Assembly: GCA_963675525.2 (NCBI GenBank)
Contig: CAXXSL010000013.1
Span: 224,001-288,000, forward strand
Direction: 5' to 3'
From: Anaerohalosphaeraceae bacterium
GTDB taxonomy: Bacteria; Planctomycetota; Phycisphaerae; Sedimentisphaerales; Anaerohalosphaeraceae
DNA length: 64,000 bases
Shown: piece after piece, positions 1-10,028 of the stretch
Numbering within the stretch: the stretch's first letter is position 1
Layout of the letters: the number at the start of each line of letters is the position of its first letter
The notes under the pieces: model-generated
Told to the model about the DNA's origin: nothing
Seen by the model: only the letters and a program-made list of their open reading frames with translations
The model's database searches: none
Program-made: the position numbers and the translations under genes

Positions 1-809
1 CGCCTCTCGTCGACATCGAGGTTGGTTTCAAAATAATCCATTGCTCGACTGGCGCCCCATGCCCAGGCACGCAACGCGCCCCAGTCGTCGAGTTTTCGCG
101 GCGCCCCCTTATTCACCAGGCCGATGATTCCTTCCCGAAGTCCGGCTCCGTTATCAGCCTGGACACTGGTGGGATACAAAACAGCACACCCCCATCCCTT
201 TCCCAAAACCTGCTGCTGCCAGGTCGGCCCGTCCTGTTGAGGCGGTGTCCATCCGCCGAAATCCCAGCCGAGTTCGAGGATAACCGGCACAGGTCCGGCG
301 GCATTTTTAGGGATCGTCAGGATCATCTGAATATCAACGGCAATCGCCGGACACGTCGAATTATCCACATGCCCGACAAGCTTTTTGGTGATGACGCCAA
401 TGCCGCCGTCAACGGTGTCTTCTTCGCTGACGGTTTCCCATGTTACGGCCGGTGTTTGTGCGGGAACGCGTCCGTAAATTTCGCGGTCAAAATCCTCGAA
501 GATCTCTAATTTGCGTTTTTCCCATTGCTCCGCTGTCGCCACGGTTGTGCCGTTTTTAAAAACAAGTGGATTCGGTAATGATGTATACGGTGTGGCTTTA
601 GACTCATCCGTATTGGCCGCATTCGCTGCCTTGGGATTGGCCGATGGCCCCGGTCGCAGTTCCGTGATGCCCAGCCGCTCCATCATTAACTGATGGTCTT
701 CCCGACTCAGCCGGCCGATGCGTTCTCGCTGCTCCTGTCGCGATTCTCCAAAAACCGGCACACCCAATAAAGTGCTCATAATAACCAAAAGGATAGTTTT
801 CTTTATCAT
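1..809 (-). CDS. Secreted CE15 glucuronoyl esterase-like protein (partial, runs off the window start)
   Basis: Not in the ORF track. Manual translation gives MIKKTILLVIMSTLLGVPVFG (signal peptide)...SLPNPLVFKNG...WEKRKLEIFEDFDREIYGRVP...DDWGALRAWAWGASRAMDYFE, typical of CE15. AAGGA lies upstream of the ATG at 809; an alternative ATG is at 815. Confidence 0.8.
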   Translation of the reverse strand, partial: MIKKTILLVIMSTLLGVPVFGESRQEQRERIGRLSREDHQLMMERLGITELRPGPSANPKAANAANTDESKATPYTSLPNPLVFKNGTTVATAEQWEKRKLEIFEDFDREIYGRVPAQTPAVTWETVSEEDTVDGGIGVITKKLVGHVDNSTCPAIAVDIQMILTIPKNAAGPVPVILELGWDFGGWTPPQQDGPTWQQQVLGKGWGCAVLYPTSVQADNGAGLREGIIGLVNKGAPRKLDDWGALRAWAWGASRAMDYFETNLDVDER

Positions 810-1157
810 CGTCATTCCTTTACACAGTGTAACCATGACAGACCAACACCAATTCTACCAAAGACCCCCCGCAGGATAAAGAAAAATCATCCACATACCA
901 GCCTGCTCTACTCCGGCGAACAAGGATTCTTATTGGACAAACAACTCGGTTCTCAGTATAATAGGGAAGTATATGAGACGAATTAAAGAGGGCAGAGACC
1001 TTTTTTGTCGCCCGAGGACGATGATTCAAAAGGAGAATTTTTCAATACACATACAATTAATGATTTTTGCAATTCCGATATACATAAAAATATATTTTTT
1101 AGAAGTAAGATTGCATGACGGAAAAGATTATCCATTTATTTTGCTGGAGGACATGAA

Positions 1158-1904
1158 ATGAAAACAAACCGAATATTATTAATAGTTTCTGTTGTGATAA
1201 TTAGTATTGTTAGTCTCTTTCTGTTTAAAGGATGTAAAGAGAATGATACGATTGTGAAGGAAAAAGACACAGTGCTGTTTTCGATAGGAAATAAATTGTA
1301 TTTCGAAATACCTGTTAACAAGGTTCATGAATACACCCTTGCCGAGAACGAAACTCTTTTTAATCCATCCGAAAATGCCCATGAGAACAAAAAGAGTGTC
1401 ATAGATATCTTCGGTCTTACACCGACGGTCGTTTATTATCTTAACGAAAAGGTGCTCCAAAGAAAGACTCTTTCTTACGATCAACAATTAAGTGTTAGTG
1501 TTTTGAGAGGGCCTTTTTATCTTCATTTGGACACATCGAGTAGCTCACTCGATTTAAGGGTTGATGGGTTTATTTGTCGTCAAATTGATTTCAAAATTGT
1601 CTCAGGCTACCCGTTAGAGCCGTTTCTCAACGATAGTATGAAAGTTTTATTGCGTGACAATCAGTTTAATTCTACCGTTATTAATAATGTCGATGATTCC
1701 TGTTTGTTTCCTCTAATATTTGATCGGAAAGTGCTTGATAACTCGGGGAAGTATGATATTTCAATTATTCCGGAAACAGTGATAGATGAATCATTGTATA
1801 TGTCTGCAAAAAACGCGAAGTGCATATTAAGAGTTAGCAATTCCGATTTTGGGTTACTGGTAAGTGTCTTAAAAGCTTATACTTCTTATATGGAGGTGAA
1901 ATAG
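1158..1904 (+). CDS. Hypothetical exported/membrane-anchored protein, AT-rich
   Basis: 248-aa ORF, GGAGG upstream, N-terminal hydrophobic stretch, no recognised domain. Confidence 0.6.
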   Translation: MKTNRILLIVSVVIISIVSLFLFKGCKENDTIVKEKDTVLFSIGNKLYFEIPVNKVHEYTLAENETLFNPSENAHENKKSVIDIFGLTPTVVYYLNEKVLQRKTLSYDQQLSVSVLRGPFYLHLDTSSSSLDLRVDGFICRQIDFKIVSGYPLEPFLNDSMKVLLRDNQFNSTVINNVDDSCLFPLIFDRKVLDNSGKYDISIIPETVIDESLYMSAKNAKCILRVSNSDFGLLVSVLKAYTSYMEVK

Positions 1905-2060
1905 GGAAAACGAAGAAACTATGGGGAGAAATAAAGGGTTAATTAAAGAAACTATGAAAGCCAGATACTCGGGGACGAATTTGTTATAATCGTCCCCAAG
2001 ACGTGCTCGTCACAGGGACGGCACAAAAATTTATTCTCGTAAATTTTAGGAGTATCTGGC

Positions 2061-2750
2061 ATGGAGACTATTTTAGCGATTGATCTGGGCAAAAACAAGA
2101 GCGTCTTTTGTGAAATGAGTCGCCGTTCTTTAAAAACTCAATATCGCACCGTTCGCACACGTTCCGAAGTATTCCACGACATTTTCACCGAACTGGACGC
2201 GGCCCATTCGATAGTACTGTTCGAGGTCGGCAGTCAGGCCGGCTGGGTTTCGGACATGTTGCGGACCATGGGCCTCGACTTTAAAGTCGCCAACACCAAT
2301 GACCCGGCGTGGAAGTGGGCCAACAATCCTACCAAGAGCGACAAAACGGATGCCCATCGGCTGGCGATGATGTACCACCACGGTTTTTTTCCGGAGGTTT
2401 ATATTCCCCGCAAGGAGATCCGTCAAAAACGTTCGTTGATCTATTATCGCCAAAAGCTTGTCAACCGCATGACACAGGTTAAAAACAGCATCCGGGCCCT
2501 GATGTGTACAATGGCCATTGATCTACCGATGGGTCGTAACTGCTGGACGAAAAAACAACTCAAGGTGTTATCAGAACATACTGTTCCACTTGAGGCTGTT
2601 GATGACACCTGCAACTTATGGCGGGGACAGCTTTATTGCGAATTGCAGCAATATGCGGCCTTGCAAGAGCAGTTAACGAATGTGACCGCTAAACTGGATG
2701 CACTGAACAAGCAAAAATCGGCAGTAACCTTACTGCAAACCGTTCCCGGC
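2061..2750 (+). pseudogene. IS110-family transposase, 3'-truncated
   Basis: DEDD RuvC-like motifs LAIDLGK, FEVG, KSDKTDA. Homology stops at LLQTVPG (start of the Transposase_20 domain), and the ORF then reads through unrelated repeat DNA to 2912. Confidence 0.85.
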
Positions 2751-2796
2751 GAGAAACTAAAGGTTCCCCGAGAAACTAAAGGTTCCCGGAACCTTT
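2751..2796. repeat. Tandem 18-bp repeat plus palindrome (REP-like)
   Basis: GAGAAACTAAAGGTTCCC at 2751-2768 and 2770-2787; AAAGGTTCC-C-GGAACCTTT palindrome at 2778-2796. Confidence 0.8.
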
Positions 2797-3149
2797 TTTG
2801 GGTCTTCATCAATTCAAAACTCAAAATTATCGGTTATTTGTTTGACATTCACCTAACTTCTGCTAAAATACACCGTGTCGCGTCGGAGACTCGGCGAAGA
2901 CGGAAAAATTAAATAACATCCTCAGAATGAGCTGAAAAAGAAGGAAATTCCACCCAAATCGTCAATTACAGAAGGAGAGCAAAAAATGTCATACCTGCAT
3001 ACGTACATCCGTATATTCTTGTATGCTTTATATCTAAGATATTTATCTCCGTGTCATTCAGTGCAATATTGTCATCCCGGACACCGATCCGGGACCGTGG
3101 TTATAAAATATTTATCTCTTAAATCTCTGTGGTCTCTGTGGCAAAGTAT

Positions 3150-3536
3150 ATTTTTACAAAACGAACCCAATTTCCTCCGCAGCAAAATGACTGTAAGTCA
3201 TTATCTTATCCTGACTTCTATCTTCTATCTCCTGACTTCTGCCTGTAAATCGAACCCAATACGAACCCAAACCAAACCCAATTTCGGCCCCAAGTACCCC
3301 CTACTCGCGCAAGCCGTTTCCAGCCCGGAATCGCCGATTTAGTGTTGGAAAAATAAAAAATCGCTTTTTTTGACCCCGTCAACCCCCAAAAAAACAAACC
3401 CAATTTAAGCCCCAAGTACCACCACGACAGGATTGCAATATACTGCACTCAAACCCCCCAACGGACGCAACACCCCTCTTTTTAATAGCGCCACGCGAAC
3501 CCAACCAAACCCAACACGAACCCAATAATCCCCCCT
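3150..3536. repeat. AACCCAA-motif repeat region
   Basis: Eight copies of AACCCAA (near 3164, 3253, 3264, 3275, 3397, 3498, 3508, 3519) plus CTGACTTCT-type short repeats. Confidence 0.7.
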
Positions 3537-3559
3537 CTATACCTCCGGCGGCAAAAAGA

Positions 3560-5359
3560 TCAATCGTCCGACGTATCAAGGATCGACATGAACGCTTCCT
3601 GCGGAATGTTGACCATGCCGATGGACTTCATGCGTTTTTTACCTTCCTTCTGCTTCTTGAGCAGTTTCATTTTCCGCGTAACATCGCCGCCATAAAGTTT
3701 GGCGGTCACATCCTTGCGGTAGGCCCGGATGGTTTCGCGGGCAATGATCTTGCCGCCGATGCAGACCTGCAAGGGGATTTCGAACTGGTGCTTCGGAATC
3801 GCCCGGCGCAGTTTGATCAGCAGCCGGCGGCCGCGTGCTTCGGCCTTGGTGCGGTGAACGATCAGGCCAAGCGCATCGACCGGCGTGCCGTTAATGAGAA
3901 AATCGATTCGGACGAGATTGCCCTTCTCAAACGCCATGAACTCATAGTCCATCGTCGCATAGCCCCGGCTGATGCCCTTGAGCTGGTCATAGAAATCATA
4001 CACGATCTCCGCCAGCGGCGCCTTGTATTCCATCATCACACGCGTGGGCGACAGGTATTCGGTCTTGATGAGGCTGCTCCGGCGGTCGTCGGCCAGTTTC
4101 ATAATGCCGCCGATGGATTCTGCGGTGGTGATGATTTCCAGCTTGACCATCGGCTCACGAATCTCAGCGATCTTCTGCACCTCCGGCAGTTCACTGGGCG
4201 AATCGATGCGCTTGACATCACCGGTAGTCGTGAGAATCTCGTAGCTAACCGTTGGCGCCGTCTGGAGCACATCGACATCGTTTTCGCGTTCCAGCCGTTC
4301 CTGCACGATCTCCATGTGCAGCAGACCCAGGAACCCGCAGCGAAACCCAAAGCCCAACGCCGGTGAACTCTGCGGGGTAAAACTGAAGCTGGAGTCGTTC
4401 AGCGCCAGTTTGTCAAACGCCGCTCGCAGTTTGGGATAATCGGTTGTGCCGCCGGGATAAAAATCGGAAAACACCATCTGCATCGGCGGCTGATAGCCCG
4501 GCAGCGGTTTGTCAGTCGGTTCGGCAAAGTCGGTGATCGTATCGCCAATCGTCACATCGGCCAGCTTCTTGATGTTGGCAACAACATAGCCCACTTCGCC
4601 GGTGCCGATTTCGTCGACTGCCGTTGCATACGGCGTAAATTTGCCCAGTTCCGAAATCGTATAGGTACGGCCCGAACTCATGAAGCTAATCTTCTGGCGT
4701 TTGGTCAGCTTACCCTCAAACACACGAACATGGGCGATCACACCGCGGTATTCGTCGGAATGGCTGTCGTAAATCAGGGCAGCAGTCGGCTTGTCGGATT
4801 TGTCTTCCGGGGCGGGCAGTTTTGTGACAATCGCTTCCAGCAGCGCATCGACGCCTTCACCGGTTTTGGCGCTGAGCGGAAAACATTCTTCTTCCGTAAT
4901 ACCGATGACATGCTCAACTTCCTCAATGACACGGTCCGGCTGGGCCGCAGGCAGATCGATCTTGTTGATAACCCCGAGTATCTCGCACCCCGCTTCGACC
5001 GCCAGGTACGTATTGGCAACCGTCTGGGCCTCAACGCCCTGGCTGGCATCGACCACCAGCAGCGCCCCTTCACAGGCCGCCAATGAGCGGGACACTTCGT
5101 AGTGGAAATCCACATGCCCCGGCGTGTCGATCAGGTTCAGCATATACGTTTTTCCCTTGTACGTATAATTCATGGTGACCGACGAGGCTTTGATGGTGAT
5201 GCCGCGTTCCCGCTCCAGATCCATGTCGTCGAGGAGCTGTTCCTTCATGTCGCGCTCGGTGATCGCACCTGTACGCTCCATAATGCGGTCGGCCAGCGTG
5301 CTCTTGCCATGGTCGATATGGGCAACGATCGAGAAATTACGTATATGTTCAAGACTCAT
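3560..5359 (-). CDS. lepA: Elongation factor 4 (LepA)
   Basis: IRNFSIVAHIDHGKSTLADR, LNLIDTPGHVDF, RKDVTAKLYGGDVTRKMKLL. Start corrected to MSLEHIRNF at 5359. Confidence 0.98.
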   Translation of the reverse strand: MSLEHIRNFSIVAHIDHGKSTLADRIMERTGAITERDMKEQLLDDMDLERERGITIKASSVTMNYTYKGKTYMLNLIDTPGHVDFHYEVSRSLAACEGALLVVDASQGVEAQTVANTYLAVEAGCEILGVINKIDLPAAQPDRVIEEVEHVIGITEEECFPLSAKTGEGVDALLEAIVTKLPAPEDKSDKPTAALIYDSHSDEYRGVIAHVRVFEGKLTKRQKISFMSSGRTYTISELGKFTPYATAVDEIGTGEVGYVVANIKKLADVTIGDTITDFAEPTDKPLPGYQPPMQMVFSDFYPGGTTDYPKLRAAFDKLALNDSSFSFTPQSSPALGFGFRCGFLGLLHMEIVQERLERENDVDVLQTAPTVSYEILTTTGDVKRIDSPSELPEVQKIAEIREPMVKLEIITTAESIGGIMKLADDRRSSLIKTEYLSPTRVMMEYKAPLAEIVYDFYDQLKGISRGYATMDYEFMAFEKGNLVRIDFLINGTPVDALGLIVHRTKAEARGRRLLIKLRRAIPKHQFEIPLQVCIGGKIIARETIRAYRKDVTAKLYGGDVTRKMKLLKKQKEGKKRMKSIGMVNIPQEAFMSILDTSDD

Positions 5360-5540
5360 AAAGTTCCTTATTCTTTCAGTGTCAGCAAAACGGGTGATTA
5401 TACTAAATCGAAAAGCGAAAAACAAGGGCTGCGATGAGACGGATGAGGGCATTTTAACAACTTTGGCCCTTTTTCGGCAAATAAATGACAAGAAAATCGT
5501 TGTTTGTCTGGGTCTAAGCTGTTAAAATGCCACGACCTAA

Positions 5541-5615
5541 CGGGGTGTAGCTCAGTTTGGCTAGAGTGCATGACTGGGGGTCATGAGGTCGCAGGTTCAA
5601 GTCCTGTCACCCCGA
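5541..5615 (+). tRNA. tRNA-Pro(GGG)
   Basis: Acceptor stem CGGGGTG/CACCCCG, anticodon arm CATGA-CTGGGGG-TCATG, T-arm GCAGG-TTCAAGT-CCTGT; CCA not encoded. Confidence 0.96.
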
Positions 5616-5621
5616 CTGGAT

Positions 5622-5664
5622 GCGGCATCGGAATGTTACAGGACATCTGATGCCGCTTTTTTTT
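5622..5664 (+). terminator. Intrinsic terminator after tRNA-Pro
   Basis: GCGGCATCGGA...TCTGATGCCGC hairpin followed by a T run. Confidence 0.8.
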
Positions 5665-5915
5665 CATTCATACCACCATTTTTTCAGTGCCGCCCGATAA
5701 TTGCCAAAATCATTACCCAAAACCCATGTCAACCGGCAGGTCCGGGATTATCGCGGGCCTGTCTTTTTTTATGGAAAGAGTGACTCTTTCTCGTTTAAGG
5801 CTTTAAAAAATATAAAAAAGAGGCGTAAAATAATTTTTGAGATTTTTAAAATGGAGATAGTTTTCATGTTCCGTTTTCATATAATAAGTGATTATTAAAT
5901 AGAAAGGAGACAAAC

Positions 5916-7352
5916 ATGAAATCACAAAATCAAATCTTAACTAACACCATTTTGTATGTATCGATCTTCTTATTGACAGTATTATCGAGTCAGATAAAAG
6001 CTGAAGAAAAACAGTGGGTGGTTTTTCGTGACAATATCCCGCAAGAAATTGAACGATTTCATATCAAAATGGAGTTCACTCAATCAAGTGCCCGATTCTA
6101 CGATTCTTCTCAGCAGGGGATAAAGTCTGAAGAAATTGAAGGCAGCAAGAAGAAAGATGCATATAAACATCAGCTTGATTTCGGAGCAGAGGTTGATGGA
6201 AATCAATATGTGGTCATGGTCAAAGATTCCAGTGATGTGGGCATTATCAGCCAAAATTCTGAACGTCTAGTGATGGCAAAAGTTCTTCGCATCAAAGATA
6301 AAAAGAAACCCGAAACAGTGAAGGAAGGAATTATCTCTCTCCACAGAGATCTGGAACTCCCGCTTGAAGTATCACCGGAACAACTCAGTGTTCCATTTAA
6401 CGAACCGATCAAAGGAACTTTGGAAATAAACCTCTATAGCAATAATCCCCCCGTTTATGAGGGTCGTTGCCGTACTGTTTTGTATGGAACTCTTTCGGGG
6501 TCAACCTCAACTGAAGCTGCATTGCTCGATACTTCCATAGCATGTAGAAGTTCCTTAGAACTGAAGGATCGATATCTAAGTTTGTCATTGACACCATTTG
6601 ATGAACAGATGGCTCCCGCCGCCTATAATGGGAGGATATCTGATACACTGATGCTTGGTTCTGCAAAGCTTGTTGTAGAGAAAATGGCTTCGGACAGCTC
6701 TGAGCTGGTTATCGCCCTTTTGGATGGAGACCTGGTTCAAGCCAGAAAACAAGATGACACGTTGGTAACCATTGGCAAACCTTTCCCTGATTTTGCCCGT
6801 GTTGAATTAGTCAAACGTCAGCTTGTAACTTTAGATGACCTCATAAAAGAGGCGAGTGTTGATGGTTATGTTGTTTTAATATTTGGCGACTTTAAGCAGG
6901 CGATGCCGCCACAGTATTTTGGTGGACGACCCCCAATGAGAGGGCTTTCATTGGATGAAATGATGATTTCAGAGATTCTCAAAAAAGACACTGAAAAGCC
7001 TGTGGTGATTACTTTTATCTGTCAGCAATTATCACTCGCTGACTTATATGAGAAGTGGTTAGGGCATGACCCTGAATTTCATATCCTTTCGGATTTCAGC
7101 AATCCGTTAAAAATACAGTTTTTAGGTATTAGTATGGAACCTCACATGATGCCCCCCCAGGACAGAGAAGAAACCCTGCGAGGAAACCTAAAACTTGATA
7201 TCCAAAAAGTCGTCACCGGCCTGGTTGATGGAAACGGAGACCTGATTTACCTAAATACAGATGCAGGTAATGAGTTAGCAGGATCTCTTGTCCAAATAAA
7301 TAAATTAATAAGAGAGGGCAAAAAGGCGCAACTAGATCAAGACCAATACTGA
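5916..7352 (+). CDS. Hypothetical secreted protein, possibly with a degenerate thioredoxin-like C-terminal fold
   Basis: 478 aa, AAGGAG RBS, signal peptide; IGKPFPDF...LVTLDDL resembles a redoxin N-terminus but there is no CxxC. Confidence 0.6.
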   Translation: MKSQNQILTNTILYVSIFLLTVLSSQIKAEEKQWVVFRDNIPQEIERFHIKMEFTQSSARFYDSSQQGIKSEEIEGSKKKDAYKHQLDFGAEVDGNQYVVMVKDSSDVGIISQNSERLVMAKVLRIKDKKKPETVKEGIISLHRDLELPLEVSPEQLSVPFNEPIKGTLEINLYSNNPPVYEGRCRTVLYGTLSGSTSTEAALLDTSIACRSSLELKDRYLSLSLTPFDEQMAPAAYNGRISDTLMLGSAKLVVEKMASDSSELVIALLDGDLVQARKQDDTLVTIGKPFPDFARVELVKRQLVTLDDLIKEASVDGYVVLIFGDFKQAMPPQYFGGRPPMRGLSLDEMMISEILKKDTEKPVVITFICQQLSLADLYEKWLGHDPEFHILSDFSNPLKIQFLGISMEPHMMPPQDREETLRGNLKLDIQKVVTGLVDGNGDLIYLNTDAGNELAGSLVQINKLIREGKKAQLDQDQY

Positions 7353-7458
7353 GTGAATCAAAGATTCCGAGAGTCATTTACAATCCCGGGATTGATAAAC
7401 CGATGTTGGTTTAGATTCAGACTTGTCTACGGCTTGCTGAAATGTATTGGATTGATTA

Positions 7459-8514
7459 TCAGGCATTCATTTGAGACATATATTTAGCCCCGCATCGGTG
7501 GCAGACCGGCAATGGCTGCAGTCTTCTGAATTTCCGGAAACGCTCAGCCGCGGGGCTGTTCCAAACGGCCTCAATAGTAGACTCTTTTACATTGCCGAAA
7601 GAATAGTCGGGAAAATCGATGCAGAAGTTTGCCTCGCCGGAAGGCTGAATATCGATCAGGCTTTCAACATTTCCGCACTGGGCGGACCTGACTGCGGCCG
7701 CCGGATCGCTGAACCAGAGTATGTACTCCTCCTCTGAAAAATCCATATAAGGAAAATTTTGGATACCCCGCAGATTTGCTAAGTATTTGCGATGCTGCTC
7801 ACAGAAATACGCCACATCGATGCCTGACTGTTCGTGATGAAAGCCGCTCCAGGAAAAGGCAGAGCACCCGAAATGGGTTTTCAGTATCCGGTCATATTCG
7901 TTTCCGATTCGCTCGGGTATATAGTAATAGGGAACAATGCAAACGGTATCGATGGAAAGAGCACGGGCAACATCCGGCATATCAGCCAGCCCCGGAAGGG
8001 AGACAGGAGTAATTGTAAAATTGATGCTTTTACTGATATGGCGGCCGGTTCGTTTTTCAAGCTCATTTAAAGATTCCACACCTTCGCGCATCTTTTGAAA
8101 ACAACCCGCAACACCTCGAACCTGTTCATGGATTGGTTCAGGGCCGTCCACTGATATTGTCAAATGCAGGTTTTCCAGATGAACCAGCTCAGCAGCATAT
8201 CGACTCAAAAGCGTTCCGTTGGTATCAATTGCGATAAAGATGCCTCGGGCGGCAATGTACTCCAGTAACTCAATGATCCGGCCAAACAGAAAGGGCTCAC
8301 CGCCGCGAAGCAGGACCGCTCCCGCTGAATGATCGGCGCACTCATCGATCAGGCGTTTCCAGTCTGATAATGACATGGCAGACTGGGTATCGATTGTTTT
8401 TCGGCGCATATAGCCCTCAGGACTCCATTGCCCGCACATGGTACAGTGCAAATTACAGGCATTGGTCAGGGTCAACGATATATGGCGAGGGAATTCCACT
8501 GTCTTTTCACTCAA
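7459..8514 (-). CDS. Radical SAM/SPASM-domain protein
   Basis: CNLHCTMC motif, GGEPF, DTNGTLL, C-terminal SPASM/Twitch-like GNVKESTIEAVWN...CHRC. Confidence 0.9.
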   Translation of the reverse strand: MSEKTVEFPRHISLTLTNACNLHCTMCGQWSPEGYMRRKTIDTQSAMSLSDWKRLIDECADHSAGAVLLRGGEPFLFGRIIELLEYIAARGIFIAIDTNGTLLSRYAAELVHLENLHLTISVDGPEPIHEQVRGVAGCFQKMREGVESLNELEKRTGRHISKSINFTITPVSLPGLADMPDVARALSIDTVCIVPYYYIPERIGNEYDRILKTHFGCSAFSWSGFHHEQSGIDVAYFCEQHRKYLANLRGIQNFPYMDFSEEEYILWFSDPAAAVRSAQCGNVESLIDIQPSGEANFCIDFPDYSFGNVKESTIEAVWNSPAAERFRKFRRLQPLPVCHRCGAKYMSQMNA

Positions 8515-8589
8515 CTGATCGGTTAATATTGTTTTTGATAGACTCTGATCCGGTCATTTTTCCATTCAGGTTGTTCGCAATCTTCGATT

Positions 8590-9660
8590 CTAGTGCCGCA
8601 TAAACCGATCAAACACGCCGATCACGGGCAAGGCATTGCCGTCCGCATCGAACATCCCCCTGCTGCTGATACCGCTTCGCAGATTGACGGCCGGCTCCCA
8701 CCAGAAAACCCCTTTGCCTCGATTGTCCGGCGTACTGAGCACGATGCGATGGACCTCGTCCAGAAACTGCCGCTGGCCTTCGGGCGTTTCGGGAAACGGC
8801 GCCGGCTTGTCTTTGTATTCCGCGGGCCGCCAGTTGTAGGCCGCCTCGACAACAATAATATCCTTTTTATAGGTATTGGCCATGAAAATCAGATTCTCCC
8901 GCAGGTCCAGCAAAGACCCATGCCACCAGGGATAGTAAGACTGCCCGATGATGTCATACTCGACGCCGTAGCTGTGCAACTTGTCGAAAAAGTACTTCGT
9001 GCGGATCTTGTTGCCGCCCTGGTCAATATGAATCATAATTTTCGGACACGTTTTCTCATCCGCAGCCGCCTTGACCCCACGGATGCCGGCCTTGACCAGT
9101 TCCGCAAAATTTTCCCAGTTGGCGGGGATCTTCCCGTCGGGCCACATCATCCCATTGATGATCTCGTTACCGATCTGCACCATATCCGGCGTCACATCTG
9201 CTTGGCGAAAGGCGATCAGTGTATCCCGCGTGTATTCAAAGACCGCCTCAACCAACTCTTCATGCGACTTGCCTTCCCATGCCTTCGGCGTGTATTGCTT
9301 GGCTGGATCGGCCCATGTGTCGGAGTAATGAAAATCCAGCAGGAACTTGTACCCCATCACCTTGGCTTCTTTGGCCAATGCGATGGTATACTCCAGGTCA
9401 TTCGGCAACCGCGTCGGTGTGTGGAACAGTCGAAGGCGAATCCAGTTATAGCCATGATCCTTGAATAACTGAAGCCCCGGCTTGACCTGTCCGTTGTCTT
9501 TAAATGCGATTCCTGCTTCTTCGGCCTGTTTGAGAAACGACAGATCGGCGCCGACAGCATAGTCGGCCGCGAACACAACATCCGTCAGCGATACCTGGAC
9601 CACAAATGCGATGAGGATAATCCGTAAAAATCGTCCGATGTTAAGGTTGCCGGTCACCAT
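8590..9660 (-). CDS. GH53 endo-beta-1,4-galactanase
   Basis: GADLSFL, NWIRLRLF, LLDFHYSDTWADP, MVQIGNEI, SYYPWWHG, GVFWWEP; signal peptide. Confidence 0.93.
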   Translation of the reverse strand: MVTGNLNIGRFLRIILIAFVVQVSLTDVVFAADYAVGADLSFLKQAEEAGIAFKDNGQVKPGLQLFKDHGYNWIRLRLFHTPTRLPNDLEYTIALAKEAKVMGYKFLLDFHYSDTWADPAKQYTPKAWEGKSHEELVEAVFEYTRDTLIAFRQADVTPDMVQIGNEIINGMMWPDGKIPANWENFAELVKAGIRGVKAAADEKTCPKIMIHIDQGGNKIRTKYFFDKLHSYGVEYDIIGQSYYPWWHGSLLDLRENLIFMANTYKKDIIVVEAAYNWRPAEYKDKPAPFPETPEGQRQFLDEVHRIVLSTPDNRGKGVFWWEPAVNLRSGISSRGMFDADGNALPVIGVFDRFMRH

Positions 9661-10028
9661 ATGAAACTCCTTTCAAAGATTAGCGCCATTCAAAAGAATC
9701 CTGCATGTTTTACCACAGTCTGCAAATCATTCCAAATAAAAACGCTGTCTCATATTGATTTCCACCCAAACGGGGTCTAATTAGCCGTGTTTCTTGCCGG
9801 ATGGCCGCACGGGGTGAATTAGTAAATAAATCACAGATATTTTCGGGTAATTGATGGCAAAAACAGCACGATACGAACAAATTTCAGTCTGATGGACTTA
9901 TCAAAAAGTAACTCAAATCCCTATGATAAAGAATGTACAAAATGAGGTGTGCGAAATAACGTAAACCGGTGCTAAAAAGGGCCGGCTCTGTTCTTTAAAG
10001 TCTTGATACATTTGGGAAAATTAAAACA

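Noticed and set aside
2986..3342. 118-aa ORF
   Set aside because: Translation runs through REP-like and AACCCAA repeats; treated as non-coding, although an AAGGAG precedes the ATG so coding is not fully excluded
3150..3536. Possible CRISPR array
   Set aside because: Repeats are only 7-10 bp and irregularly spaced; no cas genes in the window
5541..7352. Genomic island integrated at tRNA-Pro
   Set aside because: The adjacent gene is AT-rich, but I saw no integrase and no duplicated tRNA 3' end
9661..10028. Cobalamin riboswitch upstream of the URO-D/MtaA-like gene
   Set aside because: No B12-box or conserved core recognisable
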